Source of the DNA: Botryllus schlosseri
Taxonomy: Eukaryota
DNA: 64,000 bases
NCBI GenBank assembly: GCA_051294905.1
Contig: CM119373.1
Span: 4,590,001-4,654,000, forward strand
Direction: 5' to 3'
The notes under the pieces were generated by a model. It was not told where the DNA came from. It made no database searches and saw only the letters and a list, made by a program, of their open reading frames with translations. Shown piece by piece: positions 24,001 through 35,780 of the stretch; position 1 is the stretch's first letter, and each line of letters opens with the position of its first letter. Both the position numbers and the translations under genes were made by a program.

Positions 24001-27000
24001 CAGCGCAACTTGTAAACAAACAGTTACATATTTATCGTTAGTGCGTGTTGTTTCGTGTGTGTAAGTAATAACGAAAATCTTTTCGTCTGTAAGAACTTGC
24101 CTGGTTGGATTAAACCTAAAAAGCCACAAATAGCATAGACAAAAAACCGCTACAATCAAATAGCTCACTGTTACATCATTCAAGTCCATAGTTGGTGGAA
24201 AACAGCATCATCCTCAATTTGTGCAGAACATTCCTGAGCTGGCATAGACGGTTCGAATATTTGTGTAGCAGTTCAAAATTTGGATTGTCACTTTCTTTCT
24301 GAATCTGAAACACTTTCTTTTCTGAGATCCTGACTTACATTTAGCATGTAGGCTACTTGCGGCATTGTAGCAGATACTTGACTATAGGAGATACTGATGC
24401 TACCAATTTCAACATAACATGTAAATGAGTGATACCAAACTCATCGTAGCTAATGAAAGGTACGGTTGTCAACTGACGAGTGCGCCTTACTAAATATGCT
24501 GTTTACCGAGTCATATTTATATTGAACTGGTAGCCCATTTCAAGAATGTAATGGTGAAAACTGTCTTATGCAACACCTGATCTTAGGGCAAATTTTGGTT
24601 GCAGTCAAATCCGTGGAAAGTTTCACTTATTTTTCATAAAAGTTGAAGTAAAAAGTTGCATTTATTTTTCACTAAAGTTACACTAAACAGGTTCATTTAT
24701 GGATAAGTTCCTTGAAATTATTAAGGTATGAGATACTCGAATCGATGCGTATCCAAGGCACTGTCGCAAACTCAATGTTGGCGCCTTCAACAAAATCAAT
24801 AGCCTAAAAAAATTGACTCAGTGGTAATATAATTTTTGGCGGTCTAGCCTGAATGTACGTCAAATCAGAAATGACCTCAAATTTAAAAGACAGTGAAATA
24901 ATCCAGCTATCTATTTACATATAGTACCAAATATTTCCAGTAATAAGTGAGTTGCATGAAAAATCGACAAGCTGCAAAAAGTTGCTTGAAAAAATGAGGA
25001 AAAGTTGCAGTAGGGCCTATAAGATTCCTCCAAACAGCTTAAAACACCATACGGTACTACATAACTTCTGAGTATTTAGGAAGCTGCCAGAAGCTGTAAA
25101 AAGTTGCAAAAACTTGCCTGTGATCATTCAATTCTTTTCTCTGCCCTGCTGAAATTGATTCCATAGCTGAATTGTTTGGACACATTAAATTATCTACCTC
25201 ACAACAACTTTAATATATATAGTTTCCGTACACCTTTCTCAATGATAGCCATTCAAGCCTTTCAAGTATCGATATAGATTTTTGAGTCATCAAATATAAG
25301 GCTTCAGGCCGCTAGAACTTTTCCTGCGTGCAAGATCTATTGCAGATCTATCTGTAGTACACCACCAATTAAAAGACATTCACCTTTGATAAAAAAAAAC
25401 TTTCTGACAATACTATAAACACTTTCTGATTGACTATACCGGGTGCACATTGAATATTGTAAAGCTTTGAAAATACGCTGCCAATCTGTGGACAAGAAAT
25501 TGACAAATTTACCATTATGACAACCCTGAGAATGGATTTCCATTCAGAAAAGGCCGAATTCACAACTAATATGTTGAGTCATGAGAATGGCTCAGTGAAC
25601 AACAATATATCTAATGGCCTACATGCTTTCATTGACTTTCAAATGACTATTTTCTTTGATATTTTGGATATTCAGGTTCATTGTGGTGTGGACTCGCTTT
25701 ATTATAAATTCACATATCATATGAAAGCTGACATCAAGAGCTAGCAAGTAAAATCTCACACAAATATATACTGGAAAATTTTGATGCACTGAAATATACA
25801 CTGCTGCCACTAGGAAGTATATATCCAATAATAATTCATTCCATGTTACAATGTGACCTCCTTAATATGAAATCGAAGTAAGCTCTTTCTAGCAACCGAC
25901 ACAGAAATTCAATTATCGAACACCGTTTACACTACCATATTCAACATGGGTAGGAGGCGTAAGCCTACATGTATTTTCACGGTTATTCACAAAATGATAA
26001 CTAAAATTCGCATAAATGTAGGAAAGGGGTGCCTCATAAAATCAAAGTAAGCTCTTTTAGCTGGTGCAGAAATTTAATGATCGACTACTGTTTACGGTAC
26101 CATATTCTACATCGGTACATATATTTTCACGGTTATTCGCAAAATGATAACAAAAATTCGAATAAATTTATGGAGGGGGGCCCTCATAAAATCAAAGTAC
26201 GCTATTTTAGCGGGTGCAGAAATTTAATGATTGACTACTGTTTACGGCACCATATTCTACATGAGTACATATCTTTTCACGGTTATTCGTAAAATGATAA
26301 GCAAAAATCGCGTACATGCAGAAGGGGGGCCCCTCATAAAATCAAAGTAAGCTCTTGTAACAGGCGCGTGAATTTATTGATCGACTACTGTTTACGGTGC
26401 TATATTCTACATGGGTAGGCCTACATGTATTTTCACGGTTATTCACAAAATGATAACTAAAATTCGCATAAATGTTGGAGGGCGGCCTGCTCACAAAATC
26501 AAAGTAAGCTCTGTTAGCTAATGCAGAAATTTAATGATTGACTACTGTTTACGGTATTATATTAAACATGGGTGCATGCATTTTCACAGTTATTTGCAAA
26601 ATAATAACTAACATTCGCGTAAATGTAGGAGGGAGGCCTTTAGCTAATGGTAAAATGGATACAGATCATAAAATCAAAGTGAGCTCTTGCAACGTGTGCA
26701 GAAATTTAATGATCGAAGATCGACTACTGCTTACGGTACCATTTCTACATGGTGCATGGATTTTAATGGTTATTCGTAAAATTATAACTAAAAAATGAGA
26801 ATTGATGATTTAACCCTCTTCACATAAATACCAAGATTCTTTATGGATGCAATGATTTCCGCGGTTATTCAGAAAATGGTAATACTTGAAAAAAAGCGCG
26901 TAAACCGGAGAAATAGTTGAAAAAAAGCGCGTAAACTGAGGAGGGAGGACCTCGAAAGCGCGTAAATCAACCAGGGCGGTTCTAGGCGACCGTCTACCTC

Positions 27001-30000
27001 GCCTACCCAAAAGGCCACCACTGATGATACTATTTAGTGTTGTGATCCACAACATCACCTGAATGTTATATAACAGAATTGCTTTGTTTGGAATACATTA
27101 ATATTAAAGGTAATAGCTGGGTGCAGTACTAAGATCAACGTGAGCAAAGATCTCTATCACTATCTTAGTTGATTTACTAGTCACAGAAAATAATAAAATA
27201 AAACTCAACACAATTACGGTCCCCGTATTTCCAGTCGCAGGGGTTAATTCGGGATGTTTATACCGGGCACGAACCAGATGGTATCAGCCTGTATACCCAG
27301 TGGTTGTTATAACAACCTTGATTTGATCCCGAATATAGCACGTACAATTCATATACCGTTAATTAGTCGAGTGGTAATCGGGCGCGATTCACGCTATTTT
27401 CAATAGTGAAGCCCCAACTCGAAAATACCGACCCGACTCCGAACTCTTGCCACTTTTTTATAGTGCAGTCCTCAAAATATAGGGAACTCCATACCTAGGT
27501 AATTTTCAAAGAGGGAAAAAAGGGTTAAGAATCATTGCTGTAGACTGTAGAGTAATTGACGAACAAGTGAAATTACTTTTATTTAGGGAGTTATCACGTT
27601 ATTGCAGTGTTAACAAGCAATTCGAGATCATGTTTTCAAGATTTGCGTCCACCGGAAATTTGAGAACGGCCTCAATCACTTGTAATCATTGACTTCCTAT
27701 ACATGTGTATTTGGTACTTGCAACATTAGAAATATCAAACGACATATGATTTGATAGCTGGAAATAATTAGATTTCAACAAAATCTGATGATCCCGAAGA
27801 TGGTGGTGTATTTGATTACGGTCGTAGTTCAGAAATCTTTGAATCATCTTGCTTGGGGAGTTATTGCAACCAATTTTGCGATCAATGTCTAAATGCCTTT
27901 TAGTTGGAATGACAAAAGAGGAGTGGTACCGTGCAGGAAACGGTTATGAATACAAATATGTCGGTACCGAAGGAACTTACAACGAATCAACCACAGCGTG
28001 CAAGAGTCTGGACGCCTCAGCGACTTTAGCGGCAGCGGGAGTGCGAGATCAAACGCTCAACAAGTTTGTTGTTGTTGCTGATTTTGTTATTGCTACTAAC
28101 AACTACAAATTAGGTGCCTACCACCTATTGATCGTTTTAATCACGGTCAATGATCGCGTACAAAATTGGCGTTGCTAAAAATAACATTATGGTGCTGTGG
28201 GAAATTACATCGAGGCTCAAGAATCATAAATCACGTTTACAGGTTAACATTATTGCAATAGTGTATTGCCTGATATCTAATTCAGTAAGAAAGGTTCGTA
28301 AGATGAAACTTTACATTAAAATCTGCACATTCATTATAGGCAATACACAATGTGAATTTTGGAAACAGAGTAAAAATGTTAAACAGTTTAAGGATATCGT
28401 CGAAGACAGCTAAGTGAAGATTTTATTGAATTACTTCAAAACAAATGATCATATACGCGACAGTGACCGGACTGCAGACTAAAATTCATAATTTATATTT
28501 ACATCAGTTTCTGGAACACACCCATTTTTTATTGGCTATATAATAAAGACGAGGGGGTGCTAGTCAAAATAAGGTCGGACTGACATTTTAAATCATTTAT
28601 GGTTTATCGCACCAAATGGCACGCGATTACTTAACGGTATAGAAATTCTATTCGCTATTTTCGGGCTCAAATTAGACTGCCATAACAAAGTTCGGGTATG
28701 GGCACAAGCCTACTGGCTTCGATACCCAATGTACATAGCTCTATTCGATTTCTGCGACTGGCAACGTGGTGAAGTTGTTTCGGGTTTTGTTTTGTCGCTT
28801 TGTGCGGACGAATGTGAACTGTATATCTACTATTGATCTTGGAACTATGGTCACATTAAATTGTAGTTCCGAAAAATAAAGAAAATGATGCAATCGGCTC
28901 ATTCAACTCGCATGTAATATACTCCTAAAAACATTTTGAAATAAGTGTATGATAGCGACCCTGGAAATACACGCGACTGTCACAGCGATATAGATTTGGG
29001 ATCCAAATTATTGGGATCCGATTCAAATCACGGAATATTTACTCGCATATCATGAATATTATCATCTTTTTAATGCATGCGCTCAACGACGCGATTTTTT
29101 TGTAATGTCCATTGGGTCTTTGATTCTCGAATTTGTGGGGACGACTTTCGTTCTCCCGTCTCACTTTTCAATCAGGGCTTTTCAATGCATAATCGTGTGA
29201 TCGGCGATGAAGGGCCCATAGAAACCGCAGAAAACGGTATAGAGAACCGGGATTCGATGCCACTTCCATTGGTGTCGTAAGTGCAGTGTTTACCCAACCT
29301 CGCCACTAGCTTGTACATATACGTATAGCCTACGTATCGTACCTTTCCCTGCCGCTGCATATTTTCGGCGGCAGTAATGTAACGAGTGATCACGTAACTG
29401 TCATTACACTACTAGTGGAGACACATGCGATGGATTTAATGAGGCTTCAACTAATTATGTTCCGTGCATGTCGTAACCTATTGAGTCACATAAATGGAGA
29501 TCACAGTAAAAAAATCCAAAAAGTAAACAAGGGCTGAGATATCGATTTGAAGTATTGGTCTTTAATATATACATCCGAAGTGATGTGTGGAACATCTCCA
29601 AGGTCGATGTCTTGCTATATTTTCCACTTTTTCTGTACGGAAGTACCAAACCGCACGTCATTCATGTTGTCAAGATTTGTAACGTATTTGCTTCCTGTTG
29701 ATCCAGGGATATGATTCGTAATCGAGCATCACCGAATCGATATTTTATTTTGCTGCTAAGGTGAAGTCATCAATAACGCCATGTGTCATAATTGAGGCAA
29801 GTCGTCTGCCGCGGTACTTGAATCGATTCCTTATATACTTTTCAGCTCCAGAATAATGAAAGCTCTCGGCGTACCGGGAAGTGTGTGGAGGGTGTGGGTT
29901 GGATCCACTGATATTCTCAACGTTGGCGTGATCTGGCGATTTCAAGATGATGTTGCTCTTCATGTGAAAAAAATCTCATGGGGACGGATTAAAAATCTTC

Positions 30001-30140
30001 CAATCGAACCGAGTGGGGGCAAAGAACATTGCATGGACTATTTTGTTCCGGGTTCACAAAACATCGATATTCCCGGTCCCAATGATGAAATTTGTTGGCG
30101 CATTCTGCCTTACATATGTGAGCGGAAGATCGCACAATAG
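11970..30140 (+). CDS. Spliced gene for a secreted C-type lectin (signal peptide, two-Cys module, helical neck, one CTLD); minimal model 11970-12054, 15098-15156, 15402-15480, 27904-28063, 29846-30140, about 225 aa
   Basis: All introns are GT-AG and the phases (1,0,1,2) give one open frame: MATYGLLLATVFVTVMANARIVTLSGSA-DGYCSRRYINERWIALGKCR-SGKSLESVVTNLKKLLEKETAKAATS-VGMTKEEWYRAGNGYEYKYV...ACKSLDASATLA...RDQTLN-NSRIMK...VWVGSTD...W...EPSGGKEHC...PNDEIC...YICERKIAQ*. The four canonical CTLD cysteines and a WIGL-like motif (WVGS) are present. No transcript evidence is available. Confidence 0.8.
12862..14521. mobile_element. Old Charlie-type hAT non-autonomous element with a nested GAGTC-rich MITE (~13402-14192), in intron 1 of the lectin gene
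   Basis: Termini CAGTGCTTTTCAACCT / AGGTTGAGAACCACTG. The TSD is degraded (CTTTAGGT / CTTCAAAT). Confidence 0.55.
15098..15156 (+). CDS. Lectin gene 1 exon 2 (59 nt, two-Cys module)
   Basis: Acceptor CTTTCAG| and donor |GTCAGT. Same length, phases and residue pattern as 49092-49150. Confidence 0.8.
15402..15480 (+). CDS. Lectin gene 1 exon 3 (helical neck)
   Basis: Acceptor TTTTTAG| and donor G|GTAATG. Encodes SGKSLESVVTNLKKLLEKETAKAATS, phases 0/1. Confidence 0.7.
17263..18484. mobile_element. Foldback-type element with ~510-bp imperfect inverted arms and a ~190-bp spacer; superfamily unassigned
   Basis: 17263-~17775 is the reverse complement of ~17968-18484. The ORF track shows mirrored peptides at 17388-17576(-) and 18167-18364(+). 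Termini are AGGGGTGTTAA / TTAACACCCCT. Confidence 0.8.
18880..19265 (+). mobile_element. 5'-truncated LINE 3' end (CR1/L2-like)
   Basis: RSIKYARPDVWNSIPPAI resembles the conserved end of CR1/L2-group ORF2. It is followed by a pyrimidine-rich UTR and a short (ATG)n tail. Confidence 0.5.
19440..19775 (-). mobile_element. Fragment of the GGGGGCG-rich hAT family (45957-46777 type)
   Basis: Reverse-complement similarity to 46010-46370 and to 40370-40510. Confidence 0.6.
21792..22730 (-). mobile_element. 5'-truncated non-LTR retrotransposon with restriction-like endonuclease (R4/Dong-like)
   Basis: ORF 22067-22639(-) plus upstream frame gives a CRMCH..ETVAHLMSGC zinc knuckle, RHN, RPDIIV...FIELAVP...K..KY (RLE motifs) and IVPIVIGATG. 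A 3' UTR ends in a (TAA)n tail at ~21792-21805. Confidence 0.85.
23359..23596 (-). mobile_element. Short retroposed element (SINE or LINE 3' fragment) with a (TAA)n tail
   Basis: Flanked by the 10-bp direct repeat AGGAGCAAAT (23349-23358 and 23597-23606) and interrupts the THAP ORF. Confidence 0.75.
25866..26795. repeat. Tandem array, about 6 diverged units of ~150-175 bp
   Basis: AAAATCAAAGTAAGCTC...AGAAATTTAATGATCGACTACTGTTTACGG...TTTTCACGGTTATTC recurs near 25870, 26038, 26188, 26338, 26495 and 26670. Confidence 0.9.
27185..27395. repeat. Dispersed repeat, possibly a SINE; second copy at ~46400-46620
   Basis: Shared CGAACCAGATGGTAT...TAACAACCTTGAT(T/C)TGATCCCG...TATAGCAC with an A-rich end. 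Confidence 0.55.
27904..28063 (+). CDS. Lectin gene 1, CTLD first half
   Basis: Acceptor CCTTTTAG| and donor |GTTTGT. Encodes WYRAGNGYEYKYVGTEGTYNESTTACKSLDASATLA. Confidence 0.85.
29846..30140 (+). CDS. Lectin gene 1 last coding exon, CTLD second half
   Basis: Acceptor CTTTTCAG| in phase 2, in frame with ORF 29856-30140: VWVGSTD, EPS, EHC, PND..C, YICE, stop TAG. An AATAAA lies at ~30501. Confidence 0.88.
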
Positions 30141-30972
30141 ACAAACATGAATTGTTTCAGATGTGATGCTAGCGTATGTTGCGTTGTTGTGAATATTATA
30201 CCAGTATGGTTCCCAACGTGGGAGTGTTAGATCGACAGGGGCAAAAAAAGCTGTTGAAGTAGAAGTACTGATACATGCTAATCTACTTGAATACTATACG
30301 GAATAGTACAACAACAAGTTTAATGACAAGTCTGGTCTTTATGTGGGGTAGAGATTTGTTGATCCAGATAAGTAGAAGATGAGTCGAAAGGTTCTGGAAA
30401 CGACTGTATTGTACGGATTTTACTTCCTGTCTTACTTCTCGTACGCAACGTGGTAGGCCTAGTAGTCGCAAATCGTATAGATTGTAACCTTTTGCTTAAA
30501 AATAAATAATAAAAAAAAAATCTCGCTTCAATGTAGGCCTATTGCTCTGCAGATTTGTATACAGGTCCATTGATCTATGATGCAAGGTTTCTAACCATAA
30601 ACATCCAAGACAGTACTTCTCCATCTAATGGTAATAGTGGGGCGGTTTAGCCCAAATATTCAAAAGGATTGTGCATTTTGTGATACAAGCACCAAATTTG
30701 GCACACATGTATATTAACATGTTGTGAACATTTTCAGATATTGAGCCACTCAGAATTCTCTCTTTATGTCCGCCATATTGGATTTCAAAATGGCCGCCAT
30801 TTGAAATCTACATTTGCGATCATCTCTGGGCCTAATGCTGCTATTGACTTTATTTTGGTATCTAAATGTATGTTTTTGGGGTCAGGGAATCCAATGGTAA
30901 CAATTTGCAATGCGTATTTTTACCAATGTGCCGCCATATTGGATTTGAGCCCTTCACAGGATTCCCCGGAGG

Positions 30973-33900
30973 ATGTCAAGAAAAATCAGTACAACCGTTG
31001 CTGCTTGCCCTATAGTCAGCATGATCCTAGAGGGACCCAGCATCAAAGACCAGATGACAGACACTAACCCTGCAGCAATTACCGCAGCCCAGATGCTGAA
31101 GTTCAACAGCGTAAATCACAAGCGAACACGTGGCACCACATCATCCACTTGTGTGCGGCACAGTGTTGCACAGGAGACCCCACTTCCAACATACATCGGG
31201 ATGATGTTGCATGCTTATACACGCAAGAAGGAATTGGTCGACAGACTGTCACACCTTGGCCTAAGTATCTCTTGATAGAGTGCTCCAGCTCTCAGCACAG
31301 ATGGGTAACAATGTCTGTCAACAGTTTCACAGAGAGCAAGTGGTCTGTCCTCCGAAAATGCGTAGTGAAGTGTTCACAACTGCCGCTATAGACAACATAG
31401 ATCACAACCCTAGTGCAACAACATCAAATGACTCTTTCCATGGTACCGCAATCTCCCTCATACAACATCCTTCTTACACTGTTGCAGGAGTAAATCGGAG
31501 TATCGTCGTTGATAGAGAAGCTGGGGATACATGGTCCAAGACTGTCGCCCCTTTGCCGCACTATTATACTGATGTACCCCCTGTCCCTTGCAGCATCAAG
31601 AAGTCGCCTGTCCCAGCTGCTGGAGTTTCGTCACTGACCAGAGGAGACTTCAAACAGCACACTGATGAAGAATACCCTTGGTTAGGCAATGCAAAACAAG
31701 TCCTGGAAGACAACACTGGTACAGTAGACAATGAAAACACATCTTGGGCTGCATTTCATGCCAGCCGACAGCCACCGGATGCTAAAGTCATCTGCCCCAC
31801 GTCGCTGCTTCCACTCTTCCTGGAAAGTGCCCACACTGTGGCCATGATCCGGCATTTAATGGACATTGTGAAGAAAGCTGTAGAACACCTGAATCCTGGA
31901 CAGACACCAGTGGTCACCTTGGATCAGCCACTGTTTGCTTTGGCTAAGCAGATACAGTGGAAGTGACCAGAGAGTTATGGTGAAGACCACATGCTGGTGA
32001 TGTTTGGTGGTCTCCACATAGAGATGACGGCACTAAAAACACTGGGGAACTGGCTGCAAGGGAGTGGTTGGGTGCAAGCTGAGATTGCGACAGCAGGGAC
32101 AGCTGACTCATTTCTGCGAGCATCTCATGTGTTGCGCACAAGAAGAGCACATCAAATAACTGCAACAGCACTATACATCCTGCAACCATTACTGTTTGGG
32201 ATAAACCAGGGATGCAGAGGACCTTTCCGCGTTTGAAGACTGGTGTCGCCAGAGACGAGACAACATCCCCCAGTTTCGCTACTGGGCAACTGTGCTGGAA
32301 ATAGAACTGCTGGTTCTAACTAGTGTATGTGCGTTCTCTCAGGCAGGGATCGTTGACGATGTACCTCGATGCTCTGATAGAGCTAGTCACCTGGTTCCAC
32401 GCACTAGATCATACCCACTATGCTAGGTGGATACCAGTGCACCTGAAGGACATGGCCGAACTCACTACCAAACACCCAGACGTAGCCAGGAAATTCTGTG
32501 AAGGCCATTTCACAATTCAGAAAACACGGAGGGTGTTCTCTTCAATCCCGATTGACCAGGCACTTGAGCAAAATAATGCCTGCATTAAAGGAGACGGTGG
32601 CGCAGTTAGGCTCACTAACAACTCTAGTGCCCTTTGTCGTTGGATGGTTGTGGGACCAGAAGTTGCTAGAGTGATAGAAGAATTCCAGGACGGGAACCAA
32701 TACTGGAGACGGCAAACAGCAGACACACGTCATCACGATCAGACGCCAAGTGTACAGGCCCCATTCGAGGAGGAGAGTCAGGATCTAGTCGTACTGGACA
32801 CAAAGGACATCGCAGGTCCTGCTGCCGTGGAGACCGTGATGAATGCCAAGAGGATTGGCCAAGAGCAGTTCGAGGCTTTCACCAGAGAGTGTCTGTTGGA
32901 CAGAACAAAGGCAGTGGACGACCCAATTCCTCGTAACAAGCTGAAGGTGTTCAACACCAGCAAATGCACGGACATTGACACGGCCAGGAGGAAACTCTCT
33001 GCAAAGAAGAACGATGTGCAGCTGATGATCCCAGCTTTAGAGAAACATGTCAAGAGGGCAGTGTATCAAGGTGGATATAGGTGGGGTCAGATATTGCTGC
33101 CAGCACCTGAGTTCCAGAGGTGGTCAGTAACGAAGTACTTCTACTTTTTCGAAGTACTCAAGTAGTTATCCTCTACTTCTGGTACTTACTCAAGTAGATC
33201 TGATTTTCGCTACTTCTACTTCGCAATATTTTGTGATCTACTTACTTACTTTTCGCTATTTTCAGTTTGTCAAGTAGAAGTAGTTCAATCTTTCAATCAG
33301 GATGATAGCCTGAGGAATTTCGGGGCTGTTTTCACGGAGTATCAACATTTAATTTTCATAAACATTGAGTTAAGCCAAGAATTTTTGTCGCGCTTCGCGC
33401 GCAGTGGATACGGAGTTGCCAGTATGATTTCACGGAAGTACCGATGAATATGATTTAGGTCGCGGGTTGGCGTGGTTCCGTTCACACCACATTGTCCCCC
33501 CTTCGCCCATATGAAATAATTCATCACAGTATATGTGGATCATCAAAACGTTTGAAACTGATGTTTCGCAATTTAGCATTTACTTGTCATATCGTAATCT
33601 AGCATGCCCATGGCGCGTCCTAACCTGGCAAAGTGGACTCTGACATTTTTTGTTAGTTTCAAAGCTGTTTTTAGCATACCACCTTTGAAACTTTATGGAC
33701 TAAGGGCATGAAAAACGTGTTCCACTTTTAGAAGTAGAATTTATGTTTCATTTTCAATTCCCAGTATCATATACTTTGAATTGTAATTAAAATCGGTTCT
33801 TTTGTCTGGATAACATACATGTTGAACTATAAAAGCAAGTGTAGTAATGCCTTTAATTTCCGGAAATAAAGCTACACAATATCGCATTTTTAAGGTCCGC

Positions 33901-34638
33901 CATATTTTCTATTAACGTTTACTAATCGTGCAAAGTGTATCGTGTACCGTGTAAGTGCACCGTATCCTATACAACTTCTCCGTATTGCTCTTCGACTAAA
34001 CTACGGACCTTATAATATGGGGGATGGCGCCATACCATGCGATTTTCTAAAATGTGCTGTTCGAGAAAACAGAAGATAAGTATCGAATTTCCGTATTAAT
34101 CCTATCATTTTCTTCCCATGATGTGAACGAATGCTTATGCTATCGAACATTGGATTCCTGCTGGTATGCATCAATATGAATCAAGCTCGTCACCTTTCGC
34201 ATAGCTCAATTTGCACCATTTTACAATCCATGTGGACGATTTAGGATCGTTTTCACAACTACTTACTTACTTGAGTACTTTTAAAGTCAGTCAATTCTAC
34301 TTCTACTTCAAGTAGTTTTAGGGTGCTTATGGAAGAAGTAGTTCTACTTGTACTTGAGTAGATTTTTCCGTCGCTACTTCTACTTCTACTTGTGTAGCTT
34401 TCTTGACTACTTTGACCACCTCTGCAGTGAGTTCCCTCCACCAACAAACTGGGGTTGGTCAATGACTGGAGGACAGTACACACCATACTGGACCAGGCTA
34501 CCTGAGGCAGCTCACAGCTACATTAAGCTGATTTCTTGCAAGTGCCAGAAAGGGTGTGTGAAGCGCTGCAAATGCAAGAAGGCTGGCCTTCAGTGCACAG
34601 CCATCTGTGTGTGTGACGGGGACTGCACAAGACGATGA
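30973..34638 (+). pseudogene. Academ-type transposase, fragmented
   Basis: Motifs DNIDHNPSATTSNDSFHGTAISLIQHP, VVTLDQPLFALAKQIQW, MFGGLHIEM, DHTHYARW, DQALEQNN and a C-terminal Cys-rich CKCQKGCVKRCKCKKAGLQCTAICVC. The frame is broken by stops, frameshifts and the MITE at 33115-34424 (PAPEF|PPPTNWGW rejoins). Confidence 0.8.
33115..34424. mobile_element. hAT non-autonomous element with TACTT/AAGTA subterminal repeats, nested in the Academ transposase
   Basis: Termini CAGAGGTGGTCA / TGACCACCTCTG. TSD CTGAGTTC vs C(AG)TGAGTTC. Confidence 0.85.
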
Positions 34639-35780
34639 GTCCACAACATACATGTACTTGTGGCAGTGCTGAACTTGTTAACATGACACTGTTTATGAAC
34701 GCATATCCTCAGTACCGATATTTACCTAGCCTCAGATACCTATTATACCGGACCACTGTAGAATGTCAGTATACACCTAGCCTCATATTTTAGACCATGT
34801 AGCATGTCAGAATTGTACCTAAGACTTTTACACCCATTTAACATGCTTGCATAAAATCATTCTTTTCAAAGTATCGTGTTCAATCAAATATTTCCTAGAT
34901 AAGTTTTAATTACAATTATACAACAGACTATGAAAGATAACATTAAGTTGGAATTCGTACCATTGGATTGTGCATTGGATTAGGTTTGTGCAGTGCATTT
35001 GATTTAGATTTGAATATTAGAATTTTAGATTTGTGCATTTGATTTAGATTTGTGCATTAGAATCTTAGATTTGTGCATTTGATTTAGATTTGTGCGTTAA
35101 AATTTTAGATGTGTGCATTTGATTTAGATTAGTGCATTAGAACTGTGCATTGGTTTGAGCATTGGATTGTGAAATTGGTACTATTGGATTCCTTGACCCA
35201 AAAAACACACATTTTGACACCAAAATGAAGTCAATAGTAGCATTTGACCCAGACATAATCGCAAATGTAGATTTCATATGGCGGCCATTTTGAAATTCAA
35301 TATTGCCGACATAAAGAGAGAATTCCGAGTGGCTCAATATCTGAAAATGTTCGCAACATGTTAATATACATGTGTGCCAAATTTGGTGCTTGTATCACAA
35401 AATGCACAATAGGTTTGCTATGCTGCCTCACTATAATTAGAATTGCAGGAATAATTTAGATTACAACATATGCATAATGCAACCCCATTGATCCAGTGCT
35501 ACCCCAACCGGAGGGTCTCGACCCACCAGGGGGTCGCGAAGTTATATTTAAGGTGGGTCGCGAACAATTTCTAAACTTTTCTTATTTAATTTGCCAAATT
35601 TCCCGAACACTTTTTTTCTTAAGATTAGACGAGTAAATACACGTTCGCCTCCAAATTGTATTGCGCTGTAAGCACCTAAAGCCACGTCTATGTGCTCACA
35701 ATAATTCGTGAGCCAGGTTTTAGTGACAGTCATTTCGATTGGAGAGTGAAATAGGAGACTGCGGTATTGTGTATCCCTGA

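Larger units (their letters stand above)
30635..35433 (+). mobile_element. Academ-like DNA transposon, internally deleted and inactivated
   Basis: Termini TAGTG...CACTA, about 270-bp imperfect inverted repeats (30635-30910 and 35160-35433), and a 3-bp TSD TAA (30632-30634 and 35434-35436). Short tandem repeats lie at ~34960-35150. Confidence 0.8.

Noticed and set aside
26810..27246. piggyBac-like TTAA|CCCT ... GGG|TTAA ends
   Set aside because: The inverted match does not extend beyond a few bases, and the right site lies within a different dispersed repeat.
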